IMG/VR virus record: IMGVR_UViG_3300045988_163643
Coordinates: 1 to 64,000 of that record
Reading direction: 5' to 3' (one strand)
Source: a virus
DNA length: 64,000 bases
Shown piece after piece: positions 1-8,346 of this stretch. The notes beneath the pieces are model-generated. The model searched no databases and had not been told where the DNA came from. It was given only the letters and a program-made list of their open reading frames with translations. Position 1 is the stretch's first letter. Each line of letters starts with the position of its first letter. Position numbers and translations under genes: made by a program.

Positions 1-82
1 GCATTTCTTTTCTTGCTACTTCTTTGTACATTGTTTAATAATATTTGAAAAGAATATCTAGCTCTGTCTATTCCTTGTAATT
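1..82 (-). CDS. hypothetical protein, N-terminal fragment (gene runs off window start)
   Basis: ATG at 80-82 preceded by AAGGAG and a consensus promoter cassette; MVNELQGIDRARYSF... Confidence 0.4.
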
Positions 83-124
83 CATTTACCATATTTACCA
101 ACTCCTTAATAATCATTTACTTAT

Positions 125-153
125 ATTATACTATTGTTCTTATTAAAAGTAAA
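125..153 (-). promoter_or_regulatory. consensus promoter cassette
   Basis: -35 TTTACT 148-153, 17 nt, -10 TATAAT 125-130, then ATAAGTAAAT. Confidence 0.6.
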
Positions 154-160
154 GCATTTT

Positions 161-478
161 TTATATTAACATTGCAAATCTTGATATTTCATAACCATTT
201 AAATAATATGTAAATTCATATATTTTTAATTCATCATTTCTTTTTTCCTCTTTAGTATACATATTTAATGAATATATAGTTAAACTTTGCATTTTTTCTT
301 TTAACTCATTAGCAAAATGAAATAATTCTTCTTTCTTCCATTCTGTAAGTTTATTGGTATCATAATATATTGATTCACATCTTGATTCATATCTTAATAT
401 TCTTTCATTAAAATGTTTTATCTCAATATCCACAAAATCCATTAACTTATTTCTATCATTATTATATTCGTCTCCCAT
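161..478 (-). CDS. hypothetical protein
   Basis: 105-aa ORF with AAGGAGG RBS just upstream of ATG. Confidence 0.6.
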   Translation of the reverse strand: MGDEYNNDRNKLMDFVDIEIKHFNERILRYESRCESIYYDTNKLTEWKKEELFHFANELKEKMQSLTIYSLNMYTKEEKRNDELKIYEFTYYLNGYEISRFAMLI

Positions 479-490
479 TAATTTCCTCCT

Positions 491-937
491 TTATATTTCA
501 TCATATTTAAGACAATTAATACCTCTTAAAGATGCTAACTTCTTACTTAATGGTGCATCATAATCTTCTAAATATATTATTGTATTTATACCACTGTTAA
601 TAATTGCTTTCATACAATTAACGCATGGAAAAGTTGTTACATAAAGAGTAGCACTTTCACAAGATACTCCTACTCTAGCACATTGTAAAATTGCATTCAT
701 TTCTGCATGAACTGCAAAACAAGTATCTAAATTTTCTCCGCTTTTACTTTCTTTTCTTATACAATAACCTTTATCATAACAAGTTTCTATACCTTGTGGT
801 GAACCATTGTATCCTGTTGCTAATATTCTTTTATCTTTTACTATTACTGCTCCTACTTGTCTTGATAAACAACTAGAACGTTTGGCTATGTCTAAACATA
901 CTGTCATAAAATATTCTTCCCATGTTAATCTTCGCAT
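491..937 (-). CDS. dCMP deaminase (cytidine/deoxycytidylate deaminase fold)
   Basis: Zn-binding motifs HAEMNAI and PCVNCMKAI at typical spacing; size 148 aa. Confidence 0.85.
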   Translation of the reverse strand: MRRLTWEEYFMTVCLDIAKRSSCLSRQVGAVIVKDKRILATGYNGSPQGIETCYDKGYCIRKESKSGENLDTCFAVHAEMNAILQCARVGVSCESATLYVTTFPCVNCMKAIINSGINTIIYLEDYDAPLSKKLASLRGINCLKYDEI

Positions 938-958
938 TTAATCATCTCCTTTATTTAT

Positions 959-987
959 ATTATACTATTAATATTATAAAAAGTAAA
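959..987 (-). promoter_or_regulatory. consensus promoter cassette
   Basis: -35 TTTACT 982-987, 17 nt, -10 TATAAT 959-964. Confidence 0.6.
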
Positions 988-989
988 TA

Positions 990-1020
990 AAATCCTAAGA
1001 AAAAATTCTTAGGATTTTTT
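990..1020 (-). terminator. intrinsic terminator hairpin
   Basis: ATCCTAAGA/TCTTAGGAT stem flanked by A- and T-runs, after the permease stop. Confidence 0.65.
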
Positions 1021-1022
1021 AA

Positions 1023-2219
1023 TTATTTCAATTCTTTATGATTTAAGATTATATTTAATATAACTCCAACTATAATTGATAATGTTAATCCACTTATAAC
1101 AATTGTACCTATTGTTATCGCAACACCACTTAAACCAACTATTAATATTGTTGCTATAACCATTAGATTTTTTATTGATTTATATGATTTATTATCTTTA
1201 ATATTTTTAAACCCAATATAAGCAATCATACAATAAAGTTGTAATGAAATACCACCTATTACAGAAGATGGTACTGATTGTAAAGTTGCTCCGAATATAC
1301 CAATGAAAGATAATACAATTGCAATTATTGCAGTTCTTCTTAATAATTTAGGGTTATAATTTTTAGTTATTGCTAATAATGAAGTGTTTTCACCATAAGT
1401 AGTATTAGGGACTGAACCTAATAAACCAGCAACTAAAGTAGCTAATCCATCTCCTAACATAGTTCTATGTAAACCTGGATTCTTAACAAAGTCTTTACCC
1501 ACAACAGTACCATTAGTAGTTATATCTCCTATATGCTCACATAAAGTACATAAGCTTAAAGGTGCAATAATCATTATTGCTTCTAAAGAAAATTTTGGTA
1601 ATGTTAAGGTTGGTATAAATATTAAACTAGAGTTTTGTATTGTTGAAATATCAACTATTCCTAAATATAATGATAATAAATAACCACATATAACACCTAT
1701 CAATATTCCTAATTGTTTTAAAAATCCTCTTCCAAATATAGATATTAATACTGAAGTTCCTAAAGTCACATAAGCAACAAGTATATTTGTTTGTATATTT
1801 GTCATAGCACTAGGTACTAAAGATAATCCTATAACTATAATCATAGCACCAACTATATGAGGTGGCAATATTTTATTGATTTTATCAACACCTATTTTAT
1901 ATACAATAAAAGACATTAATACATATATCAAACCTACAACTATAATACCACCTTGTACATAAGCATAATCATTATACATTGAACTAATAGTTATTATAGG
2001 AGTAATAAAAGCAAATGATGAACCTAAAAATACAGGTACTTTTCCTTTAGTGCATAAATGAAATATTAATGTTCCTATCCCAGCTGTTAATATTGCTATT
2101 GAAGGATTAATCCCTACTAACAAAGGAACTAAAACACAAGCCCCAAACATCGCAAATAGATGTTGTATACTTAATATCCAATCTTTTATATTTTGTTTTT
2201 TATTTGTTATTTTTTTCAT
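1023..2219 (-). CDS. uraA: uracil/xanthine permease (NCS2 family)
   Basis: 398 aa, about 12 hydrophobic segments; N-terminal LFAMFGACVLVPLL and VPVFLGSSFAFI typical of UraA/PyrP. Confidence 0.8.
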   Translation of the reverse strand: MKKITNKKQNIKDWILSIQHLFAMFGACVLVPLLVGINPSIAILTAGIGTLIFHLCTKGKVPVFLGSSFAFITPIITISSMYNDYAYVQGGIIVVGLIYVLMSFIVYKIGVDKINKILPPHIVGAMIIVIGLSLVPSAMTNIQTNILVAYVTLGTSVLISIFGRGFLKQLGILIGVICGYLLSLYLGIVDISTIQNSSLIFIPTLTLPKFSLEAIMIIAPLSLCTLCEHIGDITTNGTVVGKDFVKNPGLHRTMLGDGLATLVAGLLGSVPNTTYGENTSLLAITKNYNPKLLRRTAIIAIVLSFIGIFGATLQSVPSSVIGGISLQLYCMIAYIGFKNIKDNKSYKSIKNLMVIATILIVGLSGVAITIGTIVISGLTLSIIVGVILNIILNHKELK

Positions 2220-2227
2220 TATATCAA

Positions 2228-2256
2228 ATCCTTTCTCTATCTCTCATGGATAGAAT
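2228..2256 (-). promoter_or_regulatory. leader hairpin before the permease gene with weak PyrR-binding-loop resemblance
   Basis: UCUAUC-CAUGAGA-GAUAGA followed by GAAAGGAU, against the recalled ARUCCAGAGAGGYU. Confidence 0.2.
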
Positions 2257-2302
2257 TAAAATTATTTTATTATTAATCTAAAATATACCATTTACCACTA
2301 AC

Positions 2303-2659
2303 TTATTCCTCCTCATTTTCTTCATTTTCCATTTCTTTAATTCTTCTTTCAAACATACATAAGATTTCTTCTATTCTATCTTCTTCATATTGTTTATAGA
2401 CTTCATCTTTTACATTTTCTAATAATTTTCTTATTTGTCTTATGCCTGTTAATAAAGTAAATACTTCACCTGTTACTGGATTAATTAAAGTACCAAAATG
2501 ATAATAGTCTAAAATAAAACCATGAATTTCATTTATTTGTTCGTATATTTCAAAATTATCTTTTATGTGATATCTTTCTATTTCTTCTTTATATTTCTCC
2601 CAATCATTCCCTATCTGATTAAGCATTTCTTTAATTTTTTTATTATTATCATCTTTCAT
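2303..2659 (-). CDS. hypothetical acidic protein
   Basis: 118-aa ORF, start 1 nt after the stop of the upstream gene. Confidence 0.6.
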   Translation of the reverse strand: MKDDNNKKIKEMLNQIGNDWEKYKEEIERYHIKDNFEIYEQINEIHGFILDYYHFGTLINPVTGEVFTLLTGIRQIRKLLENVKDEVYKQYEEDRIEEILCMFERRIKEMENEENEEE

Positions 2660-2660
2660 G

Positions 2661-4076
2661 TTATTTTCCCTCCTTTAAAATATCTTCGGCACAAGCAATT
2701 CCCATACTACACGCAGTTGTTAAACCACGTCCCATTCCACTACAATCACCTATAAAATATACATTTTTATTTGAACTCTTACCATATTTATCAATTAGCA
2801 CTTTATTAGAACATAGCTTTACTTCTAATCCATATAATAATGTTTTATCACCATTAATTCCTGGTACTATCTTATCTAATTCTTCGATAAATTCAAGTAT
2901 ACTTTGTAATGTTCTATATGGCATAGCACTTGTCAAATCTCCTGCATATGCTTTAGCAGTTGGTGTTACATCTAATTCTTTTAATCTTTCATCTGTACTT
3001 CTTCTTTTAAGTTTTATATCTTTTAAAGATTGTATTATAACAGAACCATTACCTAAAGAATTAACTGCTAAAGTTAAAGGATACACATAATTACTTAATG
3101 GGTCTTCCATATCTTCATTAAAATGTCTGCTAACTAGTATTGCAAAATTTGTATTATCAGATTTTTTATTTCTAAAACTATGACCATTAGCACAAAATAA
3201 TTTTTTATCACCATATGGATAACTTTCTATTGTAACAAATCCACCTGGGTTAACACAAAAAGTTCTACAACTATCACCAAAAGAACTAGTAAAATATGTT
3301 TTAAGTTCATAGAAATTTTTATTCAACTTATCCATTATATCATTAGTTGTTTCTACTCTAACACCAATTTGAACTTCACCATTTTTATATTCAATACTAT
3401 TATTATCACATATAGTTTTTACTAATTTATTACCACTTCTACCCATAGCAACAATTATTTTATCACAACTTAAGTGTTTAATATTTCGACCTTCTTTATA
3501 CCATATTTCATTAGATACATCATCTGCTATTATATCGATAACTTCACAATTAGGTATAATATTAACATTGTTATCTTTTAAAAAATCTAGCATTCTTTTA
3601 TATATAATTCTCGAATTTTCGCTTCCAAGATGAATAGTGATACATTCTCCTATATCTAATCTAGGATTATCTTTAATTATATCCATTATTTCTTTTGCTT
3701 CTTCAGTATGTTCTTTTCCATATGCTTTAGATTTAAATTCCTCTATTCCAAATTGTTGATATATTTCATAAGTCTTTTTAAGATATTTAGTTATTTCTTC
3801 TTCGGTCATTAATTCAGCCATATCCCCTCCTACTCTACCAGTAGTATCAAAGTTAAGTTTACTATCTGAAAAAGAACCAGCTCCACCACAACCATGTGTT
3901 ATAGAACATACCTTACATTTCTTACAAGATGTATCAGCAGTTACAAAACATTTTCTTTTTTCTATTGTCTTACCTTTTTCTAACATTGTTATATTAGCAC
4001 CATTGAATCCATTGTTAATTAATTCTATTGCCGTAAATATCCCTGATGCACCAGTTCCAATAATTCCTATATTCAA
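2661..4076 (-). CDS. FAD-dependent oxidoreductase (COG2509-like, function unknown)
   Basis: N-terminal GIIGTGASGIFTAIEL dinucleotide fold; CKKCKVC...GCGGAGSFSDSKL block; C-terminal FIGDCSGMGRG. Confidence 0.7.
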   Translation of the reverse strand: MNIGIIGTGASGIFTAIELINNGFNGANITMLEKGKTIEKRKCFVTADTSCKKCKVCSITHGCGGAGSFSDSKLNFDTTGRVGGDMAELMTEEEITKYLKKTYEIYQQFGIEEFKSKAYGKEHTEEAKEIMDIIKDNPRLDIGECITIHLGSENSRIIYKRMLDFLKDNNVNIIPNCEVIDIIADDVSNEIWYKEGRNIKHLSCDKIIVAMGRSGNKLVKTICDNNSIEYKNGEVQIGVRVETTNDIMDKLNKNFYELKTYFTSSFGDSCRTFCVNPGGFVTIESYPYGDKKLFCANGHSFRNKKSDNTNFAILVSRHFNEDMEDPLSNYVYPLTLAVNSLGNGSVIIQSLKDIKLKRRSTDERLKELDVTPTAKAYAGDLTSAMPYRTLQSILEFIEELDKIVPGINGDKTLLYGLEVKLCSNKVLIDKYGKSSNKNVYFIGDCSGMGRGLTTACSMGIACAEDILKEGK

Positions 4077-4108
4077 TCTATCATCTCCAATCCAATGTCT
4101 TTAATATT

Positions 4109-4137
4109 ATTATACTAATACTATTATTAAAAGTCAA
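4109..4137 (-). promoter_or_regulatory. consensus promoter cassette
   Basis: -35 TTGACT 4132-4137, 17 nt, -10 TATAAT 4109-4114. Confidence 0.65.
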
Positions 4138-4149
4138 CATTTTTATAAA

Positions 4150-4176
4150 AAATAGGGAGAAATTTTCTCCCTATTT
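4150..4176 (-). terminator. intrinsic terminator hairpin
   Basis: ATAGGGAGAA/TTCTCCCTAT stem. Confidence 0.65.
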
Positions 4177-4179
4177 ATA

Positions 4180-4746
4180 TTATCTTGAACCTGTGCTTCC
4201 AAATGAACCTCTGTTTTCTGTACCTAAATCATCAGTTTCATTAAATTCAATAGATGGTGGAATCTTACATATCTCCATTTGACATATACGGTCACCTTTT
4301 TTAATCCATGTTCCACTTACAGTTACCTTATGTCCATTTATCATAACTTTCTCAGTTTGTTTTGCCATAGTACATTGAACTGGATACATATAGATATCAT
4401 CATTGCCACAGTATGAATTATCTATTACGCCAACGTGATTAGTTTGTATTATTCCAAAGTTTTTAAAAGTTGAACTTCTAGGATATAATTTAGCCATATA
4501 ACCTTCAGGTAGTTTTAATGAGAATCCTAAAGATATCAATGCTTGACCCATATAGGGAACAAATACATCTTCATATGCATATAAGTCTATAAAATCACCT
4601 TTTGATATTTTAAATAATTTATTAGCACCTTCTAAATATCTTATATCTGCTTTTAAAGTTTTAGTATCTTCAGAAGTATCTATAATATTTTCTCCTTTTG
4701 TATCTTTTAATCCTTTGAAATATTTATTTAAATCTATATTATCCAT
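4180..4746 (-). CDS. dut: trimeric dUTPase with N-terminal extension
   Basis: Motifs PRSS, GVIDNSYCG, GDRICQM and C-terminal RGSFGSTG. Confidence 0.85.
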   Translation of the reverse strand: MDNIDLNKYFKGLKDTKGENIIDTSEDTKTLKADIRYLEGANKLFKISKGDFIDLYAYEDVFVPYMGQALISLGFSLKLPEGYMAKLYPRSSTFKNFGIIQTNHVGVIDNSYCGNDDIYMYPVQCTMAKQTEKVMINGHKVTVSGTWIKKGDRICQMEICKIPPSIEFNETDDLGTENRGSFGSTGSR

Positions 4747-4988
4747 TATTTATCTTCTCCTTCTTTATTTTCTTCTTTTTCAGTTTCTCTTATAATTGCA
4801 TTAATCTTACCTATAATTATTTCATTCATTTTTGTTAATGCATCGCTTAATTCTTCTGAATCTTCTTTAGTCATTTTTTCTTTTATATCTATTTTTTTAC
4901 CATTTATTTCTAGTTCATATATTTCTAATGATAAAGTACCATTCTCACTAATTAATAATTCACCTATTTGTTCTTTCACAAATATCAA
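4746..4988 (-). CDS. hypothetical protein
   Basis: 80-aa ORF; stop overlaps dut start; consensus promoter upstream. Confidence 0.55.
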   Translation of the reverse strand: MIFVKEQIGELLISENGTLSLEIYELEINGKKIDIKEKMTKEDSEELSDALTKMNEIIIGKINAIIRETEKEENKEGEDK

Positions 4989-5007
4989 CTCCTTATATTT
5001 TATTTAT

Positions 5008-5036
5008 ATTATACTATTATTTTTCTTTATTGTCAA
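5008..5036 (-). promoter_or_regulatory. consensus promoter cassette
   Basis: -35 TTGACA 5031-5036, 17 nt, -10 TATAAT 5008-5013. Confidence 0.65.
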
Positions 5037-5044
5037 GAGAAAAT

Positions 5045-5383
5045 TTAAATAATCTCTCCTTTAAGTTTAATATTTTTTTCAAAAAAATATTCATCTTCAA
5101 GTATCTCAACAAACTTATCCTTTAAATCGTTCAATTGTTCTTCTGAATATAAACAATAAGATAAGTCTTCATCTGTAAGATGTAAAATTTCTTTTAATGT
5201 GCCTAATGTCATATAACAATCTAATAAAATTTTTAAATCATCATTTAAATTAAATACTTCTTTAATCATCATGTCTATATTATAATTATTATTTTTTATT
5301 TTTATATATTTCTTTTTTTGTTGATTCTTTAGAGTTATTAATAAATTTGTCAAAACTAAATTTGCATCATCATTAATTTTCAT
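5045..5383 (-). CDS. hypothetical protein
   Basis: 112-aa ORF in the co-directional array. Confidence 0.55.
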   Translation of the reverse strand: MKINDDANLVLTNLLITLKNQQKKKYIKIKNNNYNIDMMIKEVFNLNDDLKILLDCYMTLGTLKEILHLTDEDLSYCLYSEEQLNDLKDKFVEILEDEYFFEKNIKLKGEII

Positions 5384-5391
5384 TTAATCAC

Positions 5392-6569
5392 CTATTTTAT
5401 ATTATTTAATTTTTTATATAAACACTTGTTGCATTCTTCTCCTATTTTAAGATATTTTCTAACTACGTCATCACTAATATTCATTTTATTGGCTATATCT
5501 ATAACCTTATATTTATTATTCCATAGTTCCCATGTTTTTACACATAAACTACTTTGACTTTCTTCCCATGCCAACCACCAATCTACATTAGATAAATCAA
5601 AGTAATTACTAAGTTCTTTTATGATGTTTTCTTTTAACCATTCTAAAGTAGAATACCTACAATCTATTACTATATAATTATCAATATGATTTTTAGCACA
5701 TTTATACTTAAATAAATCATTCATTTGTTCTTGCTCCAAAGTTCTACCTCTAGCACTACTTTCATAATGTTGTATCCCATTTATTTCTATTATACTATTT
5801 ATTCTAGGTAAATAAAAATCATAATAAAAATAATTTTTATCACTAAATTTTTTAGATGATAATTCAGTTATAAAATCTTCATCTAATTGTTTTAATATAT
5901 TAGCCATAAATTTATTTGGAATACTAATTCCATCAGAACAAATTTCACAAGAAAATCTTCTTTTTACTACATTATCTAATATTTTTTTATTCTTTGATAT
6001 ATTGCCACAATCTAAACATTTAAAATAATATTTTTTATGACTTCCATAAGCTATATTATAACAATCTTCAAAAGTTAAATTATTCTCAGGTATGGCAATC
6101 ATTTTGGCTATATCTGGATAATTATAAGCTAAAGAATCTTTCCAATGAGCTTTTTTTCTAACATTACAATACCCACATCTTCTTCCATTATAAAAATGAC
6201 TACAAGTTATTTTATATCCAATTTTATCACCTTTTCTGTTATAATTATGATAATCATTTTCTAAACAATACAACCAAACTTTTTTCCCGACTGTTTTGAT
6301 ATTTCTTTAGGATTAACTTTATTCTTCTCCCAATTCCATATGTCATCTAAATTTAATCCTAATTCAACTTCTATATGATGTGCAAAACTTTCTTCATATC
6401 TAAAAGGATGTTTTATTTCACCTTTTTTAAAACTTCCATAACTTTTATTATAATTTATAGTATTATCTTCAAATTGAACATCTATATCCTCATAACATCT
6501 ATAAGCTATAATCGTCATTTTTTCTCCTTGTGTATTTAGATTTGTTTCTCCGGTTCTGTCTTTTTTCAT
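5392..6569 (-). CDS. free-standing homing-endonuclease-like protein (Zn ribbons + PD-(D/E)XK/Vsr-like core). Split into ORFs 6261-6569 and 5392-6273; the full length needs a -1 shift
   Basis: Colinear paralog of the intact 26624-28024 ORF (EKMTIIAYRCY.DIDVQFED..., KKVWLYC.E..YHNY, GISIPNKFM, IIEI.G). Frames meet at GGA AAA AAG (6279-6287). Confidence 0.65.
6279..6285 (-). other. A_AAA_AAG slippery heptamer in the zero frame (candidate -1 frameshift site)
   Basis: GGA AAA AAG read in frame. A -1 slip continues GUU UGG... = KKVWLYC, as in the intact paralog. Confidence 0.4.
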
Positions 6570-6570
6570 T

Positions 6571-7083
6571 TTAAACCTCTCTTTTTATTTTCTTATACAT
6601 ATATAAACCAGTCACAATAGCATCGTAAATATCACTTGTTTTTTCTATTTCTTTTGTTTGTTTATCACTATATTCTCCAATATCTATATAATTTTCTCTG
6701 ATATAATTTGCTACTCTTTCTTTTGTAGCATTACCTACACCAATTACCCCTTTTCTTATTGTTGATGGCATATATACACCAATTACAATATTTTTTTTAT
6801 ATGACATTAATGCTTGGCATACAAACCCACATAATCTTGCTAACAAAGTAGATGTCTTTGGGTTTACACCAGTATAAGTATTTTCTATTGCTACATAAGA
6901 TATATCATATTTTTCAGCTAATTCTTTTAATGTATTTGCTATATAATGCATTCTTTTTTCATCTGACCTATTAAAATCAGATGATTTAGTGCATATTTTT
7001 CCACAATATATAATTTCATCATCATTTAATATTGCAAAACCTGTTGAGCTTAATGATAAGTCTAAAGATAATATTTTTTTCAT
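6571..7083 (-). CDS. ruvC: RuvC-like Holliday junction resolvase
   Basis: N-terminal ILSLDLSLSSTGFAIL catalytic Asp block, VAIENTY Glu block, C-terminal SDIYDAI; 170 aa. Confidence 0.8.
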   Translation of the reverse strand: MKKILSLDLSLSSTGFAILNDDEIIYCGKICTKSSDFNRSDEKRMHYIANTLKELAEKYDISYVAIENTYTGVNPKTSTLLARLCGFVCQALMSYKKNIVIGVYMPSTIRKGVIGVGNATKERVANYIRENYIDIGEYSDKQTKEIEKTSDIYDAIVTGLYMYKKIKREV

Positions 7084-7242
7084 CTATTCATCTTCACCTT
7101 CTTTAGTATAATAATATTCTTTTTCTAATAGAAATATTATTAGAGAAGATGCTTTTTTACCATATTTTTCACATAATTCATCAAGTATTTTTCCTTCTCT
7201 TTCATTTACTCTAAATGAAATGGTTTTACTTTTATTATTCAA
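7084..7242 (-). CDS. small ribbon-helix-helix (CopG/Arc-like) protein, TTG start
   Basis: Below the track cutoff. GGAGAG RBS then TTG; LNNKSKTISFRVNEREGKILDELCEKYGKKASSLIIFLLEKE fits a beta-strand plus two helices; stop abuts the ruvC ATG. Confidence 0.5.
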   Translation of the reverse strand: MNNKSKTISFRVNEREGKILDELCEKYGKKASSLIIFLLEKEYYYTKEGEDE

Positions 7243-7270
7243 GATATTCACTCTCCATTTTATGTTATTA

Positions 7271-7313
7271 TTATAATGTAATACATTTTACATTATTTTG
7301 TATTACATTATAA
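7271..7313. promoter_or_regulatory. perfect 14-bp inverted repeat TTATAATGTAATAC-15 nt-GTATTACATTATAA upstream of the RHH gene
   Basis: Arms at 7271-7284 and 7300-7313; about 30 nt upstream of the RHH start. Confidence 0.5.
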
Positions 7314-7331
7314 TAATAAGACTATTATGTT

Positions 7332-7973
7332 TTATTTTTTCTTTGTTTTCTTATTTTTACTTTCTTCGCATTCTTTAATATGTTTATTTATTATAACTTC
7401 TACTTCTCTAATCGCTTCATCTAATCGACCATTATTATTTTTTATTTCATTATATACAGTATGAACTCTAAAAGGCATAAAACGTTCATAATCATCTTTT
7501 AATCTTCTATCAACTTCTGCTTCTAAATCTCCTCTAGCTAATGCTCTAGCCTTTATTTCTTCTTGTGGAGCAGTTATAAATATTGGAACTATCTTATTAT
7601 TACCTACATATGCTTTAAGTTCTTTAAAACCAATTGAATCAACTATAACTATTAAATAATCATCTTTTTCCAATTCTGCTCTTTCTATACCATATCTCCA
7701 AGTTGCATCTTTTTCTATACCATTTTCTTCTACTTTAGTATGATATACTCTTTGTTCTACAAAATCTGTTCCTCTTTCAAAAAAATCTTTATCATTAATA
7801 AAATAATATTCTATACCTTCTGTTTCACCTTTTCTCATAGGTCTAGTTGTCGTACTAATTATTGGTTTGACCATATCTAAATCTTTTAAAACTTGTTTTA
7901 ATATAGTATCTTTACCAGTTGACATATATCCGAGTAATGCGAATATTTTCTTAGCTTTTACATTTCTACTCAT
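7332..7973 (-). CDS. gmk: guanylate kinase-like nucleotide kinase
   Basis: P-loop GYMSTGKDT and the TTRPMRKGETEGIEYYFI signature. Confidence 0.75.
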   Translation of the reverse strand: MSRNVKAKKIFALLGYMSTGKDTILKQVLKDLDMVKPIISTTTRPMRKGETEGIEYYFINDKDFFERGTDFVEQRVYHTKVEENGIEKDATWRYGIERAELEKDDYLIVIVDSIGFKELKAYVGNNKIVPIFITAPQEEIKARALARGDLEAEVDRRLKDDYERFMPFRVHTVYNEIKNNNGRLDEAIREVEVIINKHIKECEESKNKKTKKK

Positions 7974-8002
7974 TTACATCTCTCCTTTATTCATTTACTT
8001 AT

Positions 8003-8031
8003 ATTATACTAATGTTCTTATTAAAAGTCAA
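8003..8031 (-). promoter_or_regulatory. consensus promoter cassette
   Basis: -35 TTGACT, 17 nt, -10 TATAAT, ATAAGTAAATGA. Confidence 0.65.
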
Positions 8032-8249
8032 TTATTTTCTTCCCATTTTGTATTTTTATAATCTGCTTCTATTTTTTCTAATACTTCATCAACTGTTAAT
8101 TCACCACTTACACCTTTACTTAAAGAAAATAACATTGAACAATAATCATATATTGGACAAAATTCTTCACATTGCATGATTGTGTCGCATGGTAAATTAG
8201 AAAAATCAATTAATAATTCACTTAATTCTAAGAGTTTCTTTTCATCCAT
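8028..8249 (-). CDS. hypothetical Cys-containing protein
   Basis: 73-aa ORF flanked by promoter cassettes. Confidence 0.55.
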   Translation of the reverse strand: MDEKKLLELSELLIDFSNLPCDTIMQCEEFCPIYDYCSMLFSLSKGVSGELTVDEVLEKIEADYKNTKWEENN

Positions 8250-8270
8250 ATTATCAACTCCTTTACTTAT

Positions 8271-8299
8271 ATTATACTATTGATATTATTAAAAGTCAA
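8271..8299 (-). promoter_or_regulatory. consensus promoter cassette
   Basis: -35 TTGACT, 17 nt, -10 TATAAT. Confidence 0.65.
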
Positions 8300-8310
8300 T
8301 ATAAAAAGAA

Positions 8311-8342
8311 AAAACCTAGATAAATTATTTATCTAGGTTTTA
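8311..8342 (-). terminator. intrinsic terminator hairpin
   Basis: ACCTAGATAAA/TTTATCTAGGT stem with flanking A/T runs. Confidence 0.65.
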
Positions 8343-8346
8343 AATT

